A stretch of 64,000 nucleotides of DNA from Octopus sinensis. Its lineage: Eukaryota. The notes under the pieces are model-generated. The model was not told the origin of the DNA and did no database searches. It saw only the letters and a list, made by a program, of their open reading frames with translations. The stretch is from positions 44,392,001 to 44,456,000 of the forward strand of contig NC_042998.1 in NCBI RefSeq assembly GCF_006345805.1, given 5' to 3'. Every line of letters begins with the position of its first letter. Position 1 is the first letter of the stretch. Both the position numbers and the translations under genes were made by a program. This document shows positions 12,105 through 23,815 of this stretch, piece after piece.

Positions 12105-12139
<35 letters not shown>

Positions 12140-12193
12140 CACACAAACACAGGGTCAACAGGAAGGAGTACGTTCACACAGCTATTTGATAAA

Positions 12194-12283
12194 CACTACA
12201 CGTTTCGATACAACATAGATTCACATATGCACAAGATTTAAATTAAGGAACGGTTCAATTGTATAATGGTATTTCCTCAGGTG
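12194..12283 (-). ncRNA. Degenerate long-stem-II hammerhead motif (left arm)
   Basis: CAC-CUGAGGA-[stem II damaged by a deletion of about 9 nt]-GAAAC-GUGUA/GUG. Confidence 0.5.
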
Positions 12284-12358
12284 GTATGTAACTGCTGTCC
12301 TCGTAAGCAAATCTTTGTGTTAGCATCAAAGTCAAAGACGGGGACAGCAATTATATAT

Positions 12359-12460
12359 CACCTGAGGGGATACAACTGGATCCCATTATACAGGTAAACC
12401 GTTGCTTAATTTAAGTCCTGTGTATATGTAGCTCTATGTTGTATCGAAACATGTGTAGTG
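12359..12460 (+). ncRNA. Long-stem-II (77 nt) hammerhead motif with one core substitution (right arm)
   Basis: CAC-CUGAGGG (A9 to G)-GAUACAAC...GUUGUAUC-GAAAC-AUGU-GUA/GUG; perfect 8-bp base of stem II. Confidence 0.6.
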
Positions 12461-14827
12461 TTTTTTTTAAATAGCTGTCTAAACGTACTCATTCCTGCTG
12501 ACTCTATTTATTCAATTTTTATTTTTCCCACTCGATGAATGCTTATGCCTAGACTTCGAATACTACCGGCTATTAGGCAATTCTAAGGGTGAGCAAGCTC
12601 TATTTTGTACTCTAATAATTTCCTAACGGAATACACTTTAAATTCATATATATAATTTATTTAAAGTCGCATAATCTAATTTTGGGTTGTTTATGTGTGA
12701 GTGTTTTACTTCTTTTGACAGAATGTATTTTTTTTTTTTTTTAGAATCTTATATATATATACTTAGGAATCTACCGGTAACCATCATTATGCTATAATTC
12801 CATGTTCAATTTTTATTATTAATGTTCTTTTAATATAAGCATGTTATGTCACGTTATCATTCATGATGTTCATGTTCATTTTATATCATTAATATTGTAG
12901 TAAATTAAACATGTATATCACATAAGCTGATCTCCCTTCTATTTATTTAGTATTTCGTGTTTATGTAGAAAATTAATCATGTGCCAAACACTCTAGAACG
13001 GTGGACAAGCTTTCACAGAATTTACTTTGATTTATCTCTACTTCCCATTTTCTCACCTCTAAAATCTTAGGAAAGATTAAATAGCATCATTTATTAATTT
13101 AGCTATCTACAATTGTAGTTCATATTTCATGAAAAACATTTTGTTCTTTATTTTATAGTTGTACGAGAGCTGCCTTTAACAACTCACACTTAAGTATAGT
13201 ATTAAAGAATATATGTATTTCAGTTGCAAATAAATTAAATACTTACTTTAAAACTAGCTTCAATTATGTCGTTGCATCACTGTTATATTCCAAAAAAAAA
13301 ACAAAAACAAATGAGAGCAACTGACAACGATAATCTTTGCTGATCTAAAAGACCAAACTTGGTACAAGGTTACTCCAATAGAAGCGTGATTAGAAATCTC
13401 TTATTTTTAAATAATTTAAATGTATATATAATTAATGGAAATGAGCTAAAAATTCATTAGTGGGAAGTAAATATTTTTGCATGAATGTAAGTCTTGAAAT
13501 ATGACAAATGTCTCTGACAGAAAAAAAACACAACTCAGTAACCTCAAGATTGACAAAGAATCAACTATTCAAAAGGATGGAACAGAAAGTTGCATATAGC
13601 TACTTAGAAATAACTAAGCAAATTTGGTTTCAAATAATGGGAAATTCATTTTACAGGCAAATCAAATTAGTAAAAAGAAGTCAGTGGGACACAAAAAGAA
13701 ATGGAATTAAAATAAATTAATTAACAATTGAGAATTTACAAATTCTAACTTAATAGAAAATTTAATAAACGTCGGCAAGAAAATAACGGAACTGATCATT
13801 GGATTTAGAATACACCTACCAAAAACTTTTACGCAAACAGCAATATTCACCTAGCACACACAAAAGGAGTAGGCTTATTCTGAGAGAAATTTTACGAAAG
13901 AAACGCAGAAGGGTTGATAAAGTATTTTATTAAGAATGGCGTCTACTGTGAAATAATTAAAGAAATAGATAAGAGCTGAAAACCTATTTACTACTGATCA
14001 GAAAACAAGTAGTAGTAGTAGTAGAATTAAATAGGAAGATATAGGATATGGTTATAGGTAAAATCTGTACGGAGTTATACGGCTAGAAATGAAGCTTAGT
14101 GTAAGAGAAATTTCCTGAATCAAATATAGACAAATACTTTCATACTCACCAGTATAACCATGCAACTGCGTGAATAAAATAAGTTAATTTGGAATTTAAA
14201 TGGTCTTAATTAAAAGGCGGATAAAATTATCTACAGTATTTTCAGTTTTTAGAAATAATTACTGTGATGTTAAATTCGAAGAATAGCAAGAGGAACATCT
14301 AGTAAGTTTATGACATAATTGCTTTCGACAGTGGACGTGCAATTTTTATAATTTGCTGCCAGTAGTGTTGTAACAGCCACACTACCCAGAAATGTTCGTA
14401 AAGTTAAGATTGAGTAGCACCAAGAAATGAAATGAAATGATAATATAATTATAAAGAGTCGTGCATTGTATTTTAATGTAACAAAACGGAATGTTTCATT
14501 AGTCATGATTTTTTTCCTCAACAGAAATAACCACGGTGGAATGCAGTGCTGAAATTAGGAAAAATATTAAGAATCGGCTTAAAATTCACTCGCTAGGTTA
14601 GCAAGGGAGAACATTCTGAACATCTTCTGGTCGTTGCAGCGACAATCATTAGAAGTTAAACTGTAGGAATGGCAGTGTGAAAGCTCGGGAAATGAACACA
14701 GATTGACAGAAATTAGGAAATAGAATAAGCGTTTTATAGAACAGAAATTGTAATATATTTCCTGATACGGGCGTGAAACCAACAACTGTAAGAGGAGTAA
14801 GCAAGTGGATATCATCGATACCAGTTT

Positions 14828-14958
14828 TTGATAGGTAATCTATTCTATAATCCCCGAAGGATGAAACGCGAAGCTAACATCGACGGGATTTGAACTCAGA
14901 GCACCAGGAGTCAGAACGTAAAAGAAGACAGTTTTCCATTCTGCTAGCTCTCTGCCTT
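14828..14958 (-). mobile_element. Diverged tRNA-derived SINE, family B
   Basis: ccccgaaggatgaaa...gggatttgaactcaga...gctagctctctgcctta is the reverse complement of the family B head and central domain (cf. 61129-61360). Confidence 0.7.
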
Positions 14959-16396
14959 ATACAAAAATGAAATATTATTAACGTAAGATTAGAAAACAAA
15001 CTGTATGGATAGCTTCAAACTATAAATAGCAAATGTTTACTGATTACGAATAAGAAATTAGATTAATTAACGTGAAGTATTGTATGAAGGAATTGTTAAA
15101 ACCAGAAACGAGTTTCTTGCCATTATATATATCGTGAAGGCATATCATTTAAGATCAATCGTATAGAAGTTTATAGGGTTCTGTTTTCCATATGCGAAGA
15201 GAAAACATTCTTCCAATGCTGAGAAGCTGCGAGAAAAAGAAAAACGTCGAAGGCATTATTTATTACAGTGGAAAAATTCAAGAGCTTCTAAAGATAAAAA
15301 AGGAAAAACTGATCTGCATTCTATATTGGTGGTATTTAAATTTATCGGTAGAAGTAATTAAGCTGTATTTAGGGGTCAATGACTCACATAATACAAGCAA
15401 TGCAGACAATAATTCTGAATTTATATACGATATTGAAGTTGATACAATGGATTGGAGTCTCTTGCTTCGTAAATCGGACGATTTTAACAGCGAAACAAAC
15501 AACAGAGTAATCATCTTGTAGAAATAATATAATTCAAGATTTTCTAGGAAAATTAAAGCTAGATATAACACGTGCTATGCTGAAAAGAATGACATCTAAG
15601 ATGGAGCCACACATGTAAGTGTCAAGCAGTTATATAAAATACCAATTTCCATTATAAATTAGGTGAAGAGACTACTATTGTAACAGCGTTGTAAAATGCA
15701 TGATTATTCTAAAATTTAGGATATGGTATATCGGGATTGGATTATAAATGCATAATAGTGAATGCATGTAATCTCGATATTTTTGGTTTTATCAGAAAAA
15801 TATTAGATAAATGGTTGTCGAGATTCGTAAGTTTTTGCCAACAGGAAAATTCACTCACGTTGATGGATGTCAATTATACAAAAATTTTTATCAGATACTT
15901 AAAGAAAGAATTTAGTACAGAACGGCCTCCTATCATCGGTAAGAAGAATTCTTAAAAGAAAATTCTGAAGGGAACCAGAAAAGTCATTCGTTTGTTACTA
16001 GCTATTGACCCCACATTGCAATCTGCCGTGTCACTATGCAACATTCTGGTGTCAACAAATGTATAGAATATCTAGGTAAAATTAGAAATAGTGAAATTGA
16101 CAGTATTGGAGGTGTGTAAAATAATTACATTTCATGATTCTGAAATGAATAGTTTTTAGAAATATCATCTTAAAAATAACGAAGGTGAAAATATAAGCAA
16201 TGTAAAAATACGAATAAGTTCAGATGAAACAGAAAATAACTTTCATCAAAGAGAAACGATTTGAGAATATTCGTGCAAAAATATTTTCTGTTTCATTTTC
16301 CTGTTTACATCAACATTGCTTTCGCTGATATTTTTCAAAAGTGTGTGCAATATAGGTAAATATACCCATTAATGCGAATGTTATACCAGTGCTCTT

Positions 16397-16621
16397 TCAG
16401 AAAAGAACGCAGGTGAAAATGAGTCTTTCACAACTGTCTTCATCACTTGTGAGATTAGTACTAACGTAGAATATTTTGCTGTGTTTGCAGGGGTTTCGGT
16501 AAATATCAGCAAACAAGGGTTGAATTTTAGACAAAAAACTATCCAGATCTGGTTCACACTCTTCGGTGGGGAACTGAGGGGAATTGTCAGCAGAGTTCAT
16601 CACGTTGATAGTAATCGGAGA
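16397..16621 (-). other. Possible exon or pseudo-exon with a cadherin-boundary-like peptide
   Basis: Open frame SPITINVMNSADNSPQFPTEECEP...TSDEDSCERLIF after a TAG at about 16622; partial match to cadherin V.V.DxNDNxPxF; splice signals weak. Confidence 0.15.
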
Positions 16622-18608
16622 CTATAACACTCCATTTGTGAGAGAAGGGCTTAAAAACTGAAAGGATTTGTAAGGTAACTTTTTTTCTATATGCTAAATG
16701 AAATTAGATGTAATGCAGGCAACAAATATGGTTACGTAATTTACATTCATAATGGCTTATCTCGTTTGCGGCGAGGTGGGTTTGATGTGTGCGCAAAGTT
16801 AATTGAGATCCTCATGGTGAGAGGAAGAAAACTTGCCACCAATTAAGAAAGAGAAAACTATATTTGTTGGAATCTGTTACTGTCTTGTGTCAGTAGTAGG
16901 CGAATGCAACCATTTGCAGACAGTGGGGAACTTTTTAGTTATCTAAATGGTCGCATACAAAAGCGTCGTTCATCCATTTTTTGAAAGCAAGAAGAAAAGG
17001 AAATTAATAACAATTTCATCTTTGTACAAGAAAGCAGTCTCTCAACCTAAATATTATAAGATGACCGAATGAAACTGAACGAGATCCTTTACGTTGCCAT
17101 CACATTTATTTGTAGAAAGTCGGGATATAATTCTTTAAAATGATTTTCAGCATGTATCTTAATTGGGAAGGCAGATTAAAGTAAAAGATAAAAAGAAAAA
17201 TGAAACACTGCAGATTTTGAGTATGTTGAAAGAGACTAAAAGAAAGTAAGACCAAAATAAAATACTATATATTTAGAAAACATTATGCAACAACGAACGA
17301 AATTTTGCGGACAACAGAGAAGTTTCTGCAAGAGATCTTGACATAAAACAGAAATTATTTTACGTTCGAAAACACGTAAAAAAATCTATGAGAAAGAACA
17401 TGAAAGTAATCTAAAATAAAACAGAAGTAATAGAAACAACTTAGTATGATGTAGAAGAGCTTTGTGAAACGATACGGATTAAACTATATAAAAATGGTCC
17501 ATGGTTAGAACAGTATAGACTAAGTACAAGAAAGGCTATAGTTAAAGATGACAAGAGACGATCCAATCGATTGTCCTTCTGGTTTAAATATATTCAGTAC
17601 TTGTAAACGTTTCCAATTACATGATTATTGAACAAACGACAACATCGGGTTGCCAAAGAAAGAATAACTTTTTATAACTAAATCTGAAAATTCAAAGAAA
17701 AACAAAAAGAAAAAGATATCTCATAATTACAGGTTGCTTATCGACCTCACACAAGACTTTCATGTCAATACTTTCTTACTGGATAAATATTTACCTGGGA
17801 GACAACAGAATTTATCGAAGAAAGAAAAAGTACGCTGGCAAAGTTTTTATAAGTGTAAAGATCTGCAATTGATAAATAAAGCCATAACTGAAGTTAGAAA
17901 GAATAGGAAAAAAGTAAAATCATCGCTTGAAAAGAATATCAAAAGTTATTCTATAGTGTCTTCCATTCATGGATAACTACAGTTCTAAGAGTGAGGTAGA
18001 AAAAAAGAACTATTGTTATACGCTGCATCATAACAAGATACAGAACGACTATTAAAAAAAATCTAACAATTGGTGAGTGAGTGCTTATCGCAACAGCTTT
18101 TGGCTAATATACTAAACCTAACTAGTTATAAATACAACTGCCTTGATATAGTCATATGATTTCAATTTTTATACTAACAGCTTTTCGTAAAGAGTTCCCA
18201 TCACTAATGTAATTTTTTATTAGTATGAAAATAAAATTAAAGAATCGCAAAAAGAGGACAGTTTATAGGATCATAAGTTCGGATGAAAGATTGAAATTAA
18301 GAAATTACGACAAAGAAAAACTCATAAGTAGTTAGTAATAAACAAGATAGAATACAGAAAGGTAAAATCAGACATTAGAATAAATAAACATTAATATACT
18401 AGCCAAAACAACAATAAAGTTTTGTTTTAAGGTAATCGTAATAAATTGGAAGTTGAATGATCTTATAAGATTAGACAGAAAAAGAGAAAATTATTGTCAA
18501 TATCTGAAAAGCAGACAATGCTATGTTATATTTATCACCGGAAAAAACAGAAGACTCAATAATTAGAAAATTACTATGAGATTCTAACTGTATGACAGTT
18601 AAGCTATA

Positions 18609-18653
<45 letters not shown>

Positions 18654-19685
18654 ATATATATATATCAGAAAATATGAGAAGATTTATAGGAATAGTTTAT
18701 AAATACGTAAATCTTCGAAAATTATTCATTGTCTTCAATGAAACTGAAAATATAACAAAAACGTCAGACAAGAAAACAAAAGAAACAAGGCAAATCGTTG
18801 GAAGAAAGCTTAAGCATTAGAAATAGACGACAAACACTGAAGATAAGCATAGGTTATCATAATTTAAATCACAAGATGCCAAGTTGAAGCTGGAAGCTTT
18901 CCGATATTAGCAGTAGATGAATCATTACCTAAAGAAAAACTTATTACACGAGAAGAGAACTCAGATGACTGAATACGAATAAAAAAATTCACATAATACT
19001 CTTTTCACTGCTGCAAAAGCGATGATAAGATTCTCGTCTTCAATCTAGGAATTGCAATAAGTGAATATACGCCTCAAATTCCAGTTAGTTTGCTTTCTCC
19101 TCTATATCTTTGCATGTTTACTACACGTTTCATTCCTTATATGATTAAAATAGATGTGATTATGTGTAATTTTGTTTGGATATTTGTATTTTATGTGGGT
19201 TTACGTATGTGTAAGTAAACACACACACAAAGACCCGTGCACGGGCGCTCGTGTCTGCGCAGTTTTCTATATAATTGCATTTGCGTTTAGATATCTATAC
19301 GCCTTTAAACGAGGACATATTGTATGTGCGGGCGTATGCATTCACCGATGCGAATATAAGTGCATATGTGGAAATAATCCTTTTTTTTGTACAGCTTTAC
19401 GCGTGTACATATATAAGTACATGCCTGCACTTATATACGTAACAGAAAAATAGCAAAATTTATTATTTGTCCAGACTCGGTCAAGTGAGAATACAATATA
19501 TAGAGCAACGTGAATAAATATGCAGATAAAATGATATCTAATGACTAAGAATATAAATGGATAGCAGCTGTAATATAAAATGAGCGAAAGCTACTCTAAT
19601 GTATGTCAAACAGTATGTATGAAGCCACTGAAATAAGATAATTAAAAGAAAGTGAGCTATATGAATAATTAGTTATTGCACAGAT

Positions 19686-19893
19686 AATCTTTTCTATTTT
19701 AGGCACAAGGGCTGAAATTTGAAGAAGGGGACGAGTCGATTACATCGACACCAATAAGCAACTGGTACTTAATTTGACAACCCAGAAAGGCAAAGTCGAA
19801 CTCAGCGGAATTTGAAATTAGAACTTAAAGACAGACGAAATGCCGCAAACAGTTTCACCCGCCACGCTAACGATTCTACCACATCGTCGCCTT
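19686..19893 (-). mobile_element. tRNA-derived SINE, family B
   Basis: Reverse complement of the head (aaggcgacgatgtggtagaatcgttagcgtggc), the gttctaatttcaaattccgctgag segment, the central domain and the cttgtgcct tail. Confidence 0.85.
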
Positions 19894-20658
19894 AGTTATT
19901 GCACAGATAATAACACTGTTAAAATACAATATGAATACAATGAAGAATTTCTTCCATCTTTATATTCTGAGTTCAAATTCCGCAAAGGCCGACTTTACTT
20001 TTTATCAATTGAAGAATCGATAAGAAAAGTACCAGTTGAGCGATGCAGTTGATATAATCGGCTTTTCCTCTTCCCCAAACGTGCTTACCATGTGCCAAAA
20101 TTTGAAATTAATATTAACATGAATACTTTCATTCAAATGTGTATAACGTTGTTATAGTGAAACAATAATTATTTTATTACTAAATAATTTTCTGGCTTTT
20201 TTTTGCACTCTATCTATTTTCCTCTGACTCACGTTCACATGAAAACGACATGTGAAGAGCAAACGCAAGTTAAGCTGTTGTAATGAATTTACACAACGTA
20301 TGCAATTAAATCACGTTCTAGCATTTAAACACTCTATTCAGGTTTGAAATTATTCTTGTGTATATGTACGTGTGTAACTTGAAGGTTATTGCTTACACGC
20401 AAGCTTAAGAATACGAGCTGAGCATTTACTGATAGCGAGACTCGATGCAAAGTGTGTAATCAAATTTATTATTAAATTCGTTTTAATTGAAATTTAAGAT
20501 TTAAGAAGGCATTGTCAAACACTGTCCATAGATAAGCCGTGCCGTGAAAAGAAGTTTAAAGCCCCAATCACAACAAATTTTATTATCATCGTCATATATA
20601 TATATATATTTATATGTAAGTATGTATTTATGTATTTATTTATTTATATGAATGCATA

Positions 20659-20717
<59 letters not shown>

Positions 20718-20730
20718 ATATATATATATA

Positions 20731-21152
20731 TGAAAGAATGGAGTTGAACGACGAATTAACAAAATTCATTTATTTTCGATATATGTTTCGAAGGCTGCAT
20801 ATTCCTAATTGCGAAATGGGCTCCGTGTGAGCAGTCATCTAAAAGTTTTTTTTTATGCATCTTGATGTTGACATAAGTTCCTTGCTTTTCCTGATGAGAA
20901 AGCGGCATAATATACTCCTTATTCCTTCGCAATGAGGAATATGCAGCCTTCGAAACATATGTCGAAAATAAAGGAATTTTGTTAATTCTTCGTTCAACTC
21001 CATTCTTTCATATATTTATATTTTTTAAAAAAACATACAAATTTCCACGCGGAAGCACGTAACTTCAAACGTGTCTTCTCTAATGTGAATTTGCTACCCA
21101 GGTATCGGTTAACCGAATTATCCATAACAAGATAATTCATTCCACTACTCAA
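20731..21152 (+). mobile_element. ORF-less PLE pseudo-LTR with an 85-bp inverted partial copy upstream, between two (TA)n arrays
   Basis: 20731-20815 is the reverse complement of 20926-21010 (4 mismatches); contains the hammerhead at 20877-20978; its 3' end (21082-21140) resembles the minus-strand end at 22035-22105. Confidence 0.8.
20877..20978 (+). ncRNA. Type I hammerhead ribozyme motif, intact core, extended (54-nt) stem II
   Basis: GUUCCUUGCUUUUC-CUGAUGA-GAAAGCGGCAUA...UAUGCAGCCUUC-GAAAC-AUAU-GUC/GAAAAUAAAGGAAUU. G10.1-C11.1 pair, GUC triplet, cleavage predicted after 20963, stem III palindrome ACAUAUGU. Confidence 0.85.
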
Positions 21153-21154
21153 AT

Positions 21155-21192
<38 letters not shown>

Positions 21193-21288
21193 GTATATAT
21201 ATATATGTATATATGTATATATATATGTATATATATATGTATATATATAATATATATATATATGTAATATATATATATATATATATAG

Positions 21289-21325
<37 letters not shown>

Positions 21326-21326
21326 G

Positions 21327-21411
<85 letters not shown>

Positions 21412-21417
21412 TATATG

Positions 21418-21470
<53 letters not shown>

Positions 21471-21486
21471 GTATTATATATATATG

Positions 21487-21545
<59 letters not shown>

Positions 21546-21570
21546 ATATATATATATATATATATATACA
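21153..21570. repeat. (TA)n-based microsatellite
   Basis: Direct inspection. Confidence 0.95.
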
Positions 21571-22005
21571 ATTTCTCATTGACTTCGGGATAAATCAGAA
21601 TAGAATTAGAAATACTCTAAGACGCTGAGGTTAGAGAAGAGTGAATACCTCAAACTGGGCCAGACAACTCACACTCTAGGTGATCGAGAACGATCGATAA
21701 TTATAGTTCGTTGTTGTTTCAGGTATTCGGGATTGTGTACTAAATTTACATCGGAACGAATTGTCTGAAGTGATTTTTTTCCATCTGACGATAATAAACG
21801 CATAATCGCATCTGAATCATTGGCGATTTGTTTCCCTCCGTCTTACTTTTCTATTGGACTTTCCTCTGTTTCTGAAGAAAATTCTTGCTCGAAACGTTAA
21901 ACCACCTTTCATTCCCTCCTTGAGTGCTTGAGTGTCGGGTAATACTTTACATGTACCACGTCCTCGAGTTGTTGTTTTTTGTTCTTGTTTTTCGTTCTGG
22001 GGGTT
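21570..22005 (+). mobile_element. Decayed PLE 3' end with minimal hammerhead remnant (21868-21902)
   Basis: KLGQTTHTLGDR resembles the YIG box of GIY-YIG; guuu-CUGAAGA-aaauucuugcuc-GAAAC-GUU-aaac; the flanking sequence resembles 42420-42625. Confidence 0.55.
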
Positions 22006-22235
22006 TTATATATATATATATATATTATGTGAAATAGAAAGATGAATAATCTTGTAGTAGATTAATCAAAAGTTTAACCGATACCTTAGTAGCAAAAATC
22101 ACAGCAGTAAACAGCACGGTTGGAGGTACAACCATATGGTGTTGCAACCGTGCGTTGGTGCGGATAATTGAAATTAAAACATTATTGGTGAATTGAAGAA
22201 ATGGAGCTGAACGCAGATTGAACAGAAATCGTTTT

Positions 22236-22327
22236 ATTTCATTCTACACGTGTTTCGAAAGGCACAAATTACCAAAATCCGATTGAATAATGGGACCATA
22301 TTGTGTCTTTCTCTTCAGGAAGAAAAT
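22236..22327 (-). ncRNA. Long-stem-II hammerhead motif (mirror copy in the inverted arm)
   Basis: Reverse complement of 23353-23444. Confidence 0.75.
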
Positions 22328-22379
22328 AGGAAATCCGTTGGAAAAACAAAAACAGAACAGAGGCGGAGCAACAACAGAA

Positions 22380-22705
22380 TAAGATCCACGTCGGCGAACT
22401 CCAAGATCAAAAACGCCGTCTACCAATGCAAGGTTTACACGGACTCAGATGTCTTCACTTATGTAGGGGCCTCATCCTCAAGATTGTCTTTGCGTGTCTC
22501 CAACCATTACGCAACTTTTCGGGACATGAACAAGCGCCAGACCACGGGACTCAGTAAGCTAATATGGCGACTGAAGGATACGAACTTAAGCTACAGGCTG
22601 GAATGGTCAATTTTGTCGGTGGCCCTCCCATTTGATAGGGGCAGAAGGCAGTGCAACCTTGTGTCTCCGAACTCTTCCATATTTTGTTTGCCACAGGCCG
22701 GATGG
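22380..22705 (+). pseudogene. GIY-YIG endonuclease fragment of a PLE (frameshifted)
   Basis: NAVYQCKVYTDSDVFTYVGASSSRLSLRVSNHYATFRDMNKRQTTGLSKLIWRLKDTNLSYRLEWSIL...CNL, then a frameshift to (C)VSELFHILF; co-linear with the endonuclease at 5204-5580. Confidence 0.85.
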
Positions 22706-23352
22706 TAAACGGGCTTTTACAGTCGGCTTTTCGATGCCCCCATTGGCGGCGTTACACTTATCTGGCTTTTAAATAGCGTTTATAAATAATACCGGCACCC
22801 ATAGCCCTGGTAACAAATTCTGAAATAGCCTTTAAGATATCTACGATTAACCACTGCAAGGGGAATTACTCCTGTTAGACAAACGGGGCTTGGTTTTTTC
22901 ACAGCGGGGGGTTTCCTTGGCAAGGCAGGCTTAGATGAACACACACACACATAAAACATAATATATATTTTTTTTTGCTGCCCCCAACGGTTCTCGCGGC
23001 AGTAGCCACTGACAGCCGAACGATCAAACGCACACACGTACACAAAAAATGTTTTGTACCCTACGCCAACACACACATATATAGAACAGTATACACACAC
23101 GTCTCTAAGTAGATTTTTTCTCGCCCCTTAAAAACATCCAATATCCTTAAATAGTCAGAACTTTATTCTCGGTCACAAAGAACACCCACACACCCTCACC
23201 CACATGATTGACCGATGCCTGACCGTTAAATTCTTCAGCCACCAGTTCTCAACATACATTGATAAACAGTTTCGCCATGGGCTCTTAGGAGCATAGTTCG
23301 ATTTGTTTTTGCTCCGCCTCTGTTCTGTTTTTGTTTTTCCAACGGATTTCCT

Positions 23353-23444
23353 ATTTTCTTCCTGAAGAGAAAGACACAATATGGTCCCATTATTCAATCG
23401 GATTTTGGTAATTTGTGCCTTTCGAAACACGTGTAGAATGAAAT
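23353..23444 (+). ncRNA. Type I hammerhead ribozyme motif, intact core, extended (55-nt) stem II
   Basis: AUUUUCUUC-CUGAAGA-GAAAGACACAA...UUGUGCCUUUC-GAAAC-ACGU-GUA/GAAUGAAAU. Stem II base 10 of 11 paired, stem III palindrome ACACGUGU, cleavage predicted after 23435. Confidence 0.8.
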
Positions 23445-23500
23445 AAAACGATTTCTGTTCAATCTGCGTTCAGCTCCATTTCTTCAATTCACCAATAATG

Positions 23501-23502
<2 letters not shown>

Positions 23503-23544
<42 letters not shown>

Positions 23545-23747
23545 GTGTGTGTATATATATATGTATATATATGTATATATATATGTATATATATATGTAT
23601 ATATATGTATATATATATATGTATATATATATGTATATATGTATATATATACATATATGTATATATAGTGTATATATATGTGTATATATATATGTATATA
23701 TATATATATATATATGTGATATATAATGTATATATATAATATATATG

Positions 23748-23779
<32 letters not shown>

Positions 23780-23815
23780 ATATATATATATGTATATATA
23801 TATATATGTATATTA
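23503..23815. repeat. (TA)n-based microsatellite
   Basis: Direct inspection. Confidence 0.95.

Larger units (their letters stand above)
12154..12502. mobile_element. ORF-less fold-back element (about 150/165-bp inverted arms, about 35-bp spacer) with a hammerhead motif in each arm; probably PLE pseudo-LTR derived
   Basis: Arms 12154-12303 and about 12338-12502 are reverse complements, roughly 80% identical by eye; follows a (TA)n/(CA)n tract. Confidence 0.75.
13400..19050 (+). mobile_element. Probable highly decayed LINE-like relic(s), A-rich on the plus strand
   Basis: Long strand-biased A/purine-rich stretch without microsatellites; only faint peptide resemblance to endonuclease/RT by eye. 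Family and boundaries unresolved. Confidence 0.2.
22028..23502 (+). mobile_element. 5'-truncated PLE insertion: inverted pseudo-LTR, endonuclease fragment, 3' UTR and pseudo-LTR, between (TA)n arrays
   Basis: Apparently perfect 194-bp inverted repeat at 22178-22371 and 23309-23502; GIY-YIG fragment on the plus strand; sense hammerhead in the right arm. Confidence 0.85.

Noticed and set aside
22250-22708. 152-aa ORF as a novel nuclease gene, with a twin N-terminus at 23173-23430
   Set aside because: The N-terminal 40 aa are the antisense pseudo-LTR read through by chance, the twin is just the other arm of the inverted repeat, and the endonuclease part is frameshifted.
23266-23290. Minus-strand CU-AAGA-GCC-cau-GGC-GAAAC-UGU, a possible extra minimal hammerhead
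   Set aside because: G5 of the core is missing, there is no stem I pairing, and it is antisense to the element; cannot be told from chance.
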